Shown: piece after piece, positions 17,711 to 25,708 of the stretch
How positions within the stretch are numbered: the first letter of the stretch is position 1
Layout of the letters: every line of letters starts with the position of its first letter
Virus record (IMG/VR): IMGVR_UViG_3300048861_000016
Coordinates: 1-28,315 of that record
DNA: 28,315 bases
Direction: 5' to 3' (one strand)
Source of the DNA: a virus
Lineage: Duplodnaviria > Caudoviricetes
Translations under genes and position numbers: made by a program
Notes under the pieces: generated by a model
Told to the model about the DNA's origin: nothing
The model's input: the letters and a program-made list of their open reading frames with translations, nothing else
The model's database searches: none

Positions 17711-17739
17711 ATATTAGACCATGGCTTCCATCCTGCCAA
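17711..17739 (-). promoter_or_regulatory. sigma70-like promoter for the antisense membrane protein gene
   Basis: On the minus strand TTGGCA (17739-17734), a 17-nt spacer, then TAATAT (17716-17711), ending 24 nt before the ATG. Confidence 0.55.
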
Positions 17740-19973
17740 AGGGCAAGACTCAATTCTTCAACCTGCTGGGCCGGCCGCTCGTCGGCGGCAAGGTCTACTT
17801 CTACCTGCCCGACACCGAGACGAAAAAGGACACGTGGCAAGACGAGGCCATGACGATCCCGAACACCAATCCGGTCGTGCTCGACGCGCGCGGAGAGGCG
17901 GTGATCTGGGGCGAAGGCTCATACCGTCAGGTCGTCAAGGACGCGCTCGGCATCACGATCTGGGATCAGGAGATCACCGAGTTTTCGAAGCAGGTCGAAG
18001 ACCTCGAAACCGCGTTCAATGCGTTCGTTGCGAATCTGGCCGATCCTGCCGACGTCACGCACGGTGATGCGATGATCGCGGTAAAGCAGGCGTTCGACGG
18101 TGCCGCCGCGCGCACGCAGCACGACAAGAACAGCGACACGATCGACATTGCCGATATCGACGGCGTCGTGCTCGATGGCGAGACAATCATCGACGGCGTG
18201 CTCAACGCCGCATTCGGCGTCCTGTCCATGCTCGGTGGCTGCACAATCCGTTGCCGCCGCGGCACGGGCTTGCTCGATAACCCGCTGTATATCCCCAGCA
18301 ACATCCACCTCGAAGCCGATGCGGGGTTCCTGCTTCGCGTGGTCGGCCACGATACACCGCAGGCGCGCAACAGTGCCATGTTCACGAAGGCGAATGGCCT
18401 CGGCCTGACGACCGGCGCGGTGGTGCTGATCGGCTCGAATTGCAGCGTGCGTGGCCTGCGCGTCGACGGGAACGGCTTTAACAACTACCTGCTGAACGGC
18501 TCGACGAAGGTGTATCAGGACGGCTCCGATATCAACGCCACGTACCGCTTGGGCTACGCCGGCATCCGCATCGGTAACGACACCACGACGACGACTGCCG
18601 ATACGCAAGTCATGCAGTACAACGTCAAGGTAATCGACTGCGACGTGTCGTATTGCGGCTGGGGCGGCATCCTCGCGTATGGCGAGGATCAGCGCAAGAT
18701 TTCCGGAGCAACGCAGGACCCATCGGACCTGATCGGTATCGATGGGCTCGTGATCGAGCGCAACAAGATCACGTATTGCAACAGCAACAATCTGGCGATC
18801 GTCGGTGCACGCAATTTCAGCGTACTCAACAACGATGTCGTCTCGGCGGCGCACTCGTACATCAAGATGTACCGCAACGTCGAGAACGGCGTCGTCGGCT
18901 TCAACCGGCTGCGCTGGGACGCTAACCGCTTCAAGTCGTGGATCGACGGACAGACTGACGACTACAACCGCGAATACTGGTTCGCGAACCGCTCGGAAAT
19001 GCTGCCGCTCGGCCTTGATACCGGCTCCGGCCTGTACCGGAATATCTCGGTGGTCGGGAACGTGCTGAATGGCGCCGGTAAGGTGTTCCGCGGGATCATC
19101 TGCTACGGCCCGATGCATGACGTAACAGTCGTTGGAAACCGTGTTGCAGGCGTCGTGCGACCGTTCCTGTTCTCGCCGGCCGGTGGCGTGCAGGTCACCG
19201 GCAACACGTTCGAGTGCACGAACTACGTGTACACATCCCTGAATCCCGGCACGAACCTAGCCGGCTATGCATGTGGCGTCGAGAACCGGTCGCAGACCCT
19301 GGGTAGCGCATACACCGTGAGCGACTTCACGTTCTCGTCCAATGTGTTCAAGGGAACGGGCGTCAGCCTCGTGCGTGTCACGAGTATTAGCGCGTGGGAC
19401 ACGATGGCTCTGCCTCTCACGATGCTGTTTCAGGCAAACAAGTTCGACTTCTCGGGTCTCACTGCCAGCGGCGCGACAGCGGTTGCGCCGATTGTCGTTA
19501 CCGGGACGCCCGCCGCGAGCGCGCGGTTCGTCTTTAAGGGCAACAGCTACTGGAAAACGACGCTCACGACGACGGATAGCTATGACGATGTCTTCACCAC
19601 ATCGCCTGCTGATCTGCTGCTGCTGACCACCGACCTGCTATTCAAGCGCACGCTCACGCTCGCGTCCGGCGTATCGGCTGGCGCAGATGGGACGCCGCGC
19701 ATTGTGTATGACGATCAGCGAGGCCTCGCGATGCTCGAAGGTTCCGTTACCGGCTACACAGTCGGTACGACCTCATCGATTCTCGCGAGCGGCCTGGGAA
19801 CGCGCTTCGAGCCGACCGATAACACCGATTTTGTCGTATCGAACTCGGCAGGGAAGAAGGCGACGGTGCGCGTCACGCAGGCAGGCGGCATCTATGTGAG
19901 CGCGGCAGACGATTCGGGGCAAAAGGTGACGCTCGCGGGGATCACGTGGAGCACGGAATATCCGACGTCATGA
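17721..19973 (+). CDS. tailspike / depolymerase (virion-binding N-terminus plus right-handed beta-helix)
   Basis: 'G.PLVGGKVYFY...T..K.TWQD.......NTNPVVLDARGEA.IW' anchor domain, 'RTQHDKN' neck, repeated 'V..N' beta-helix rungs. Confidence 0.85.
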   Translation: MASILPKGKTQFFNLLGRPLVGGKVYFYLPDTETKKDTWQDEAMTIPNTNPVVLDARGEAVIWGEGSYRQVVKDALGITIWDQEITEFSKQVEDLETAFNAFVANLADPADVTHGDAMIAVKQAFDGAAARTQHDKNSDTIDIADIDGVVLDGETIIDGVLNAAFGVLSMLGGCTIRCRRGTGLLDNPLYIPSNIHLEADAGFLLRVVGHDTPQARNSAMFTKANGLGLTTGAVVLIGSNCSVRGLRVDGNGFNNYLLNGSTKVYQDGSDINATYRLGYAGIRIGNDTTTTTADTQVMQYNVKVIDCDVSYCGWGGILAYGEDQRKISGATQDPSDLIGIDGLVIERNKITYCNSNNLAIVGARNFSVLNNDVVSAAHSYIKMYRNVENGVVGFNRLRWDANRFKSWIDGQTDDYNREYWFANRSEMLPLGLDTGSGLYRNISVVGNVLNGAGKVFRGIICYGPMHDVTVVGNRVAGVVRPFLFSPAGGVQVTGNTFECTNYVYTSLNPGTNLAGYACGVENRSQTLGSAYTVSDFTFSSNVFKGTGVSLVRVTSISAWDTMALPLTMLFQANKFDFSGLTASGATAVAPIVVTGTPAASARFVFKGNSYWKTTLTTTDSYDDVFTTSPADLLLLTTDLLFKRTLTLASGVSAGADGTPRIVYDDQRGLAMLEGSVTGYTVGTTSSILASGLGTRFEPTDNTDFVVSNSAGKKATVRVTQAGGIYVSAADDSGQKVTLAGITWSTEYPTS

Positions 19974-20017
19974 CACGAAATGACCCGCGTAGCGGGCGCA
20001 GATAGCCGGGGGAAAGG

Positions 20018-20515
20018 ATGGGTGAAAACATGGTCTCGGACGTATCCGTCCAGGTGCTCTCGGAGCGCGTGAGTGCCGTGCTGGACGACATCAAGGAAAT
20101 GAAGGGCAAGGTCGACGCGATGCACGTCGTCAATAGTCGCCTTGCTGGCGTCGAGCGGGACGTCGTCAGCGTGGACCGGAAGGCCGAAGTCGCACTGTCG
20201 AAGACCGACAACATCAGCAAGGCGATTGAAGATCTGCGGCGCGACGAGCTGGAGCCGTTGAAGATCAACGCGAGCGCGGCGCGCAAGTCATGGCGGCTGT
20301 GGGGCTCAGTCTCTACCGCCGGATTCGCGGTGCTCGGCGTCGTCTACTCCCAGTGGCATCCGTGGATGGATGACATCCAGAGGGCCAAGGCCGCGCGCGA
20401 CGAATCGCTGAGCCACTACCAGGCCGATGTCGGCGCCGAGATGCGCAAGACCGACAACCGGCTGACGGTGCTGGAGTTCCGCGCCAACAACGTAGACAGC
20501 AAGGGGAGCAAGTGA
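20018..20515 (+). CDS. lysis-cassette membrane protein (holin/antiholin candidate)
   Basis: Coiled-coil N-terminus and one TM (LWGSVSTAGFAVLGVVY). GTGA overlap with the endolysin; alternative ATG at 20030. Confidence 0.55.
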   Translation: MGENMVSDVSVQVLSERVSAVLDDIKEMKGKVDAMHVVNSRLAGVERDVVSVDRKAEVALSKTDNISKAIEDLRRDELEPLKINASAARKSWRLWGSVSTAGFAVLGVVYSQWHPWMDDIQRAKAARDESLSHYQADVGAEMRKTDNRLTVLEFRANNVDSKGSK

Positions 20516-21069
20516 CCATGGTTCCGGACGACTACATCAACACGATCGTCGGCCTCGAAGGCGGCTATTCGAACAACCCGGCCGACCGCGGCGGCGAGAC
20601 GGTCTGGGGCATCACCGTCGCGACCGCGCGCGCCTACGGTTACACCGGCGCGATGAAGGACATGCCGCGCAGCACGGCGCTCGACATCTACCGTACGCGC
20701 TATTGGACGCAGCCGCGCTTCGATCAGGTCAACTCAATCGACGCGACGCTCGCTGCGAAGCTGCTCGACATTGGCGTGAATATGGGCCCGGCCACCGGCA
20801 TCAAGTTTTTGCAGCGCGCGCTGAACGTGCTCAATCAGCAGGCCAAGGCCTTCCCGGACATCACGGTAGACGGTGGCATCGGCCCGATGACGCTGACCGC
20901 GCTGCAATCGTTCTATGCGATGCGCGGCGCGGACGGTCATCGCGTACTGCTCGGCATGGTCGCATCGCAGCAGTCAGTGCGTTACATCGAGATCGCCGAA
21001 GCAAATCCCAGCCAGGAGGCGTTCGAATACGGCTGGCAGATCAATCGCGCACTGGGAGCAACCGCATGA
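20512..21069 (+). CDS. endolysin, glycoside hydrolase family 108 with PG-binding domain
   Basis: EGGY catalytic motif, 'D.GGET.WGIT', 'D.GVN.G', 'LQRALN...VDG.IGP.T', 'F.YGW..NR'. Confidence 0.92.
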   Translation: MTMVPDDYINTIVGLEGGYSNNPADRGGETVWGITVATARAYGYTGAMKDMPRSTALDIYRTRYWTQPRFDQVNSIDATLAAKLLDIGVNMGPATGIKFLQRALNVLNQQAKAFPDITVDGGIGPMTLTALQSFYAMRGADGHRVLLGMVASQQSVRYIEIAEANPSQEAFEYGWQINRALGATA

Positions 21070-21704
21070 AATGGTCCGACCTCGCACCCATCATCGCCAA
21101 AGCGGCACCGCTGCTTGGCTCGGCTCTTGGCCCGATCGGAACGATTGCCGGCGGCGCTGTGGGCGCCATCATCTCGTCGGTGACCGGGACGCCGGCAGAT
21201 GACCCTGACGCCGCAGCGGCTGCGATCGCCGCCGATCCGACGCTGCTCGAAAAGCTGCGCGAAGCGGAGTTGACGAATCAGGCGACGCTCGCGCAGGTTG
21301 CGCTCCAGCAGAAGCAGGCTGAATTAGCCGCTCAGACGGCCGCCGATGCGCAGCGCACCGCGCAGTATCAGGCGGAAGCCGCCGACCGCGACAGCGCCCG
21401 GAAACTGGCCGCGCAGCAGCCTAAGGATTTCATGCGCCCGCTGCTCAGTCTGGCGATCGTGACCGCGACTATCGCCGTGGTGTTCATTGTGCTGCTCGGG
21501 TTCGCAGACGGCACGCTGCGCGATCCGGTCATCGCGGCGACCGCCGGCGGCCTTGTCATGTACTTCCTGAAGGAGTCGTCGCAGGTGACCGGTTTCTGGT
21601 TCGGGATGACCCGCGAGGCGAGCGTGACTAACGCCAAGGTCGCCGATTTCGCCACATCGCCGGGGACGGTCACCGCGGCACCAGCGCATCCGACGCCCCA
21701 ATGA
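21066..21704 (+). CDS. putative holin-like membrane protein
   Basis: ATGA overlap with the endolysin. Gly-rich hydrophobic N-terminus, 'DR.SAR' motif, two C-terminal TM segments ending 'FWFG'. Confidence 0.65.
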   Translation: MKWSDLAPIIAKAAPLLGSALGPIGTIAGGAVGAIISSVTGTPADDPDAAAAAIAADPTLLEKLREAELTNQATLAQVALQQKQAELAAQTAADAQRTAQYQAEAADRDSARKLAAQQPKDFMRPLLSLAIVTATIAVVFIVLLGFADGTLRDPVIAATAGGLVMYFLKESSQVTGFWFGMTREASVTNAKVADFATSPGTVTAAPAHPTPQ

Positions 21705-21727
21705 AAAAGCCGCCTTCGGGCGGCTTT
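21704..21727. terminator. bidirectional intrinsic terminator
   Basis: AAAAAGCCGCC-TTCG-GGCGGCTTT with a cUUCGg tetraloop, directly after the last late gene and between convergent operons. Confidence 0.85.
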
Positions 21728-21733
21728 GTCCTC

Positions 21734-21970
21734 TTGTGCCCAGATCGTGTCCACATCTATACAATACGAGGCGAAAAGGGCCGAAAATGCTGCAAACTGG
21801 CAAAGTCCCGTAGCTGACCGGCGCAAGACATTTGCGTTATAAATCAACCTGTTACTACTTAAATCCTAGACCTTCCTTGTCGTGTCCCTAGTGAAAGTAA
21901 GCCTTGGCAGAGGCTTACGCAGCAAGGGTTTGCACGTTCTCCGCGTCCGGTTGTGCCCAAATCGTGACCA
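21734..21970. mobile_element. putative attP region
   Basis: 18/20 direct repeat TTGTGCCCARATCGTGWCCA at 21734-21753 and 21951-21970; AT-rich centre; IHF consensus match; adjacent to the integrase 3' end. Confidence 0.7.
21842..21854 (+). promoter_or_regulatory. IHF binding site
   Basis: AATCAACCTGTTA is a perfect match to WATCAANNNNTTR and has an AT-rich 5' flank. Confidence 0.7.
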
Positions 21971-22973
21971 TGTTGGCGTGTTCTGCCAGATGATCCGGTG
22001 CAAGGTGAGCGTACCGGAGAACGTGTTCATACTTCGCCCATCCTCCCAATTCCATCAGCCGATTCAGCGGTGTGCCTGCCTGAACGTGCCAGCTTGCCCA
22101 GGTGTGGCGCACATCGTGGAACCTGAAGTTCAGGATTCCCGCCCGCTCGCACTGCCGGTCCCACTGAGCGCTACACCAGCTCGTCGTCGGTATTGGCTTG
22201 CCGTTGCGCACAAACACATTCGTCTCGTGCCTGCCGATCCAGCGGCGGATCGCCTCGACCGCATCATCGTTCAGCGGAACGCCGATCGGCTTGCGGGCCT
22301 TTGCCTGATCCGGATGAATCCATGCCCGCCGGTTCACCAAGTCGACCTGAGACCACTCCAGCCCTAGCAGATTGGCGCGGCGCAGGCCTGTGGCGAACCC
22401 GAGCACCGCGACATCCCGCATCCAGTCTGCCCGTATGGCGCCGATCAGCCGCTGCGCTTCCGTTTTTGTGATCCACCGGATACGCCCGTTTGCTACCTTC
22501 AGGTCTTCGAGCTTCGGTGCACGGTCGATCCATTCCCACTTATCCGCGGCGAGCTTGAACAGAATCCGCATGCTCGCAAGGTATTTGTTCTTCGTCGCGC
22601 GCGTGACCTTTTTCGGTTCTGTCTTGCGGCGCTGGTCCCACTCGGGCAGGGCGTTGAACACTTCATCCCGCGTGATCGAGGCCAACTGGCGGCCGGCGAA
22701 GAAATTCCGGAAATGCCTGAAATGGATCTTTCGATTCCCGAAGTCCGCGAGGTGCGAACATTCATTGAGCATCCTCACGACAGCTTCGTCCCACGTGTAC
22801 GCCGGCCGCTCGCCCATCTTTGCAACACGCCACAGGTCACGCTTTACCTTGTCGTGATACTCCTGAGCCTCCTTCCGGTCGGTAGTGCCAGTAGATTGTC
22901 TAACTCTCGGGACACCTGGGACGCGGATGTCGATGTGCCAGATGTCCGAGCCTTCGCGCTTTCGGATTGACAT
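21915..22973 (-). CDS. int: tyrosine recombinase / phage integrase
   Basis: Catalytic residues TGLRRANL (R), AKA (K), FHDVRHT (HxxR), GGW and RYAH (Y). AAGGAG RBS before ATG at 22973. Confidence 0.95.
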   Translation of the reverse strand: MSIRKREGSDIWHIDIRVPGVPRVRQSTGTTDRKEAQEYHDKVKRDLWRVAKMGERPAYTWDEAVVRMLNECSHLADFGNRKIHFRHFRNFFAGRQLASITRDEVFNALPEWDQRRKTEPKKVTRATKNKYLASMRILFKLAADKWEWIDRAPKLEDLKVANGRIRWITKTEAQRLIGAIRADWMRDVAVLGFATGLRRANLLGLEWSQVDLVNRRAWIHPDQAKARKPIGVPLNDDAVEAIRRWIGRHETNVFVRNGKPIPTTSWCSAQWDRQCERAGILNFRFHDVRHTWASWHVQAGTPLNRLMELGGWAKYEHVLRYAHLAPDHLAEHANMVTIWAQPDAENVQTLAA

Positions 22974-23164
22974 TTTTTGCTCCTTGGTTCCGTCCGCGCC
23001 GGTCGGTCCGGATTGTACTCTGTCGCGAATTTCAGCTTGTCGGGCCAGATCCGCCACTGGTTGCCGATCTGAAAAAATCCCATCGCTTCCTTGTGGGCGT
23101 ACACCGTGGAATAGGACACGCCCAGTAGTGCGGCGGCTTCCTTCAAGGTCAGGGCAGGTTCCAT
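22844..23164 (-). CDS. xis: excisionase-like HTH protein
   Basis: 'LTLKEAAALLGVSYSTVY...FQIGNQWRI' winged HTH; GGAGG RBS; overlaps the int 5' end by 130 nt. Confidence 0.8.
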   Translation of the reverse strand: MEPALTLKEAAALLGVSYSTVYAHKEAMGFFQIGNQWRIWPDKLKFATEYNPDRPARTEPRSKKCQSESAKARTSGTSTSASQVSRELDNLLALPTGRRLRSITTR

Positions 23165-23235
23165 CAGGACTTTCCTCCCGTAACGCCCCAGTAGCGGCGC
23201 GTCGTTTCGATAACCCTCTGCGCCGCCTCAATCAC
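23164..23235 (-). CDS. putative 23-aa mini-ORF (MIEAAQRVIETTRRYWGVTGGKS)
   Basis: GTGA overlap with the upstream stop, TGATG overlap with the xis start, GAGG upstream. Confidence 0.45.
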   Translation of the reverse strand: MIEAAQRVIETTRRYWGVTGGKS

Positions 23236-23585
23236 CGCGGCCTCGCCATCATCGCCAGATCAACGCGCCGGCTGATCTCGGCGAAGTAGCCGGTCAGCTC
23301 GCCAACGAGCGGGGAGAGCGTGCGCGGCAGCGCGACGGTGGTCGGATCAACAGTCCGCTTCGAGTCTTTCGTCTTCATCAGGTGCTGCGTGTTGGCCACG
23401 ATGAAGTGCATCTTTCCGTGGCAGTTGACCGTCGCCAGCTTTCCCTCATCGACCAGCTTCAGCGCGATCACCTTCAACAGCTTGGAATGAGTGCCGAGGA
23501 TGAGGCCGAGCCGGTACGGTGAATACACGAGACCAGGCTTCATGGTCGCGAGGATGGATTGCCTGCTGGCTGCTTCGTCGATCAT
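23232..23585 (-). CDS. hypothetical protein, possible winged-helix
   Basis: AAAGGAG RBS and ATGA overlap at 23585. 'LVDEGKL' preceded by helices. Confidence 0.65.
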   Translation of the reverse strand: MIDEAASRQSILATMKPGLVYSPYRLGLILGTHSKLLKVIALKLVDEGKLATVNCHGKMHFIVANTQHLMKTKDSKRTVDPTTVALPRTLSPLVGELTGYFAEISRRVDLAMMARPR

Positions 23586-23989
23586 GCTTGGTCTCCTTTG
23601 GTTGTGCTTGCTGGCTGCGCGGCGGTCAGGAGGGCGCGAGCGAATTTCAAAAGCACGGTGTCGGGACATGTCTCGTCGGCAGGTATGCCAGCATCGTCGG
23701 CAAGCAACATGATCTGCTCATCCGTCAGCGCCCGCTCCGTCTGTGCTGATTGCGTCGCCGTGGCCTTCTTGCAAGTGCACGAATCCGTGCCGTCCCACTG
23801 ATAACAGCCTGGCGCGATACAGGGCTGCGTCGCCGTGGCTGGCGGTGATGCGGCGCGGGCGGCCTGCCAAATCTCCCACGGTCCCATTGAGCGATTGGCG
23901 GGAATACTGTTGCACCATCCATCAAACGCCGCCCGATCATCGTCCAGCACCACGGCAGAGGGGGATGGTTGAGTGTCGAAGGATTTCAT
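23582..23989 (-). CDS. hypothetical mosaic early protein
   Basis: GGAG RBS and ATGA overlaps at both ends. 'WEIWQAARAA' and 'LTDEQI...FARALL' segments plus a Cys cluster. Confidence 0.7.
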   Translation of the reverse strand: MKSFDTQPSPSAVVLDDDRAAFDGWCNSIPANRSMGPWEIWQAARAASPPATATQPCIAPGCYQWDGTDSCTCKKATATQSAQTERALTDEQIMLLADDAGIPADETCPDTVLLKFARALLTAAQPASTTKGDQA

Positions 23990-24498
23990 AACTGCACTCC
24001 GATTTGATCAGTCGCATGTTTCAAATTTCGTTCGCAGAAAAATTCTCCATGAAGCTCTCGCGCTGCTTTAACAAAAGCCTCATGGGCCTGCTCTGCCGTA
24101 TCGAAATATCCCAGATGGATTACCTTTCCATTCGCACCGATTCTGCTATGCCAGCGATTCCTTTGTTTATTCCAAGAAACACCTTTGTATCCAGATTTGC
24201 TATTCGATCTGACGCCAACATTGAGGTTGTTTTCGGCTACAGTGCAAATCCTTAGGTTGTTGCGCCGGTTATCCAAGCGATCTCCGCTTCTATGGTCGGT
24301 GCGCCTGTGATCTCCGTTTCGCAAACCCATAATCAGCCGATGCATGCGAACGTTTAACCTCTTTCCGTCTGTGCAGATGTGCGCAACCGCGTAGCCTTTT
24401 TCGTTTATCCGCCATGTGTATTGCGAAACTAGCGCATAGTCGGCGTCATCAACGAGTGCGACTTCGCCGCCAGACAAAGTAATGGTGCGCGTCATCAT
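23986..24498 (-). CDS. HNH endonuclease with C-terminal AP2 domain
   Basis: 'ALVDDADY', 'MHRLIM', 'DHRSGDRLDNRRNNLR..T..EN..N' (HNH_3) and 'SGYKGVSW...W..RI......HLGYF.T.EQA..A...A...LHGEF' (AP2). Visibly AT-richer than its flanks. Confidence 0.9.
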   Translation of the reverse strand: MMTRTITLSGGEVALVDDADYALVSQYTWRINEKGYAVAHICTDGKRLNVRMHRLIMGLRNGDHRRTDHRSGDRLDNRRNNLRICTVAENNLNVGVRSNSKSGYKGVSWNKQRNRWHSRIGANGKVIHLGYFDTAEQAHEAFVKAARELHGEFFCERNLKHATDQIGVQL

Positions 24499-25463
24499 TT
24501 GGCCACCGATTGCGCTGGCGCTGCTGCATCGGTGGGATGCGAGGGGGATTGCAGAGCGACGAATAGGTCGGTCAAAATCTGCATTGCGCACATGACGGGA
24601 TACTCGGCTTCGATCTCTTCCTGTGGCATGTCGTCATCAATCATGGGATCGCTATCGCCCAATGACCTGTCAAGCAGATCCATTGCGCGCTTTAACTGGC
24701 GTTCCCAATCTGCCCCGCGTTCGTCCAGCTTATGGGCCGATGGGTAGGCAGAGATTTCGCCAGTGAGGAGCGTCGCGCCTTCTTCCGGATACTCACCAAG
24801 CCAGCAGTAAAGACCGCGCCCAGAATGCCCGTCGCCATGCTGAATTGTCACTTCGCCGTCGAGTTGATCGGGATCGGTGGCGCGATCCGGTGCAATGAAG
24901 TTGAGCGCTTCCAGCAACTGTGAGCCAGTTAGGCTAATAGCCGTCGCCCCGCGCTCGTCCTGCGCATCAGCCGAGGAAATGCCATCGGCTGCATGATGAT
25001 CACCGTCTAAGGCCCGCCAGCCACGTTCGCAGACATCGCTAATCTCTTGCCACTGCTGCGCCGCTGGACCTTCCTTATCGATGTATTCAAGCAATGAGCG
25101 AAGAATTGTCCGGCAGGGGTCTTTGCAATCCTGCGCATCCGCCGAGGGGGCGGCAGGGGTTGCGGCGAGCCGTTTGATAATCGGCCATGCCTCGTCAACC
25201 GCGCACCGCACTGCAAAGTGGGGGTGTGTTAGCAGGAATTTAAGATCCTTAAGCGCTGCGATTTCACGCGGTGTCAATTGCACCTTGGGCGCGGCAGGTT
25301 TGCTTGCAGATAGCAGGGCGCGGGCGAAGCCGTTGGCGTCGAAGAACTCGCCATCCTTCTGCGCGTCCTTCAGCCAGAACGGCTCGGCCAGTTCGCAGAT
25401 CCACTCGTTGAATTTCCACTGTTCTTCCATTGCTGCTCCGTCGATGGTTGTGGGGGCGGTCAC
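24495..25463 (-). CDS. hypothetical multi-module early protein
   Basis: 322 aa, coupled at both ends. Modules are separated by repeated SADAQD and DERGA linkers. Confidence 0.7.
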   Translation of the reverse strand: MTAPTTIDGAAMEEQWKFNEWICELAEPFWLKDAQKDGEFFDANGFARALLSASKPAAPKVQLTPREIAALKDLKFLLTHPHFAVRCAVDEAWPIIKRLAATPAAPSADAQDCKDPCRTILRSLLEYIDKEGPAAQQWQEISDVCERGWRALDGDHHAADGISSADAQDERGATAISLTGSQLLEALNFIAPDRATDPDQLDGEVTIQHGDGHSGRGLYCWLGEYPEEGATLLTGEISAYPSAHKLDERGADWERQLKRAMDLLDRSLGDSDPMIDDDMPQEEIEAEYPVMCAMQILTDLFVALQSPSHPTDAAAPAQSVAK

Positions 25464-25708
25464 AGGTCATCCTCATTGATTGCAGACGTATATTTCGGCG
25501 TGTAGCCGCCGCGCACGTAGTACGACCGACGACACAGCGCAGCCGGGCAGACGACCTTGGTACGCTCCTCTTTCGGCGCGAGTCCCCAGAGATCGTCGCC
25601 GTCATCGCCAGGCGTGTACCGGTTTCCGCTCATTTCGTCATCGGTAATCGCGTGGCCGCAGTGTGGGCAAGTCGGCTCAGGACGCTCGTGAGTGTTGATC
25701 TTGCTCAT
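25460..25708 (-). CDS. small zinc-ribbon protein
   Basis: GGGGAG RBS and ATGA overlap at 25708. CPHC ... CPAALC ligand pairs. Confidence 0.65.
   Translation of the reverse strand: MSKINTHERPEPTCPHCGHAITDDEMSGNRYTPGDDGDDLWGLAPKEERTKVVCPAALCRRSYYVRGGYTPKYTSAINEDDL

Noticed and set aside
20018-20032. Holin-type dual-start motif (M-G-E-N-M)
   Set aside because: Lacks the basic residue that defines lambda S107/S105 regulation; not supportable.
20703-21065. Long N-terminal extension of the holin-like ORF
   Set aside because: Overlaps the endolysin in another frame; GGGAG RBS and ATGA overlap point to 21066.
22974-23231. In-frame N-terminal extension of the integrase ORF, or an xis-int frameshift fusion at the A6 run
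   Set aside because: A strong AAGGAG RBS supports the ATG at 22973. The extension overlaps xis and looks non-protein-like, and C-AAA-AAA is not a canonical slippery heptamer.
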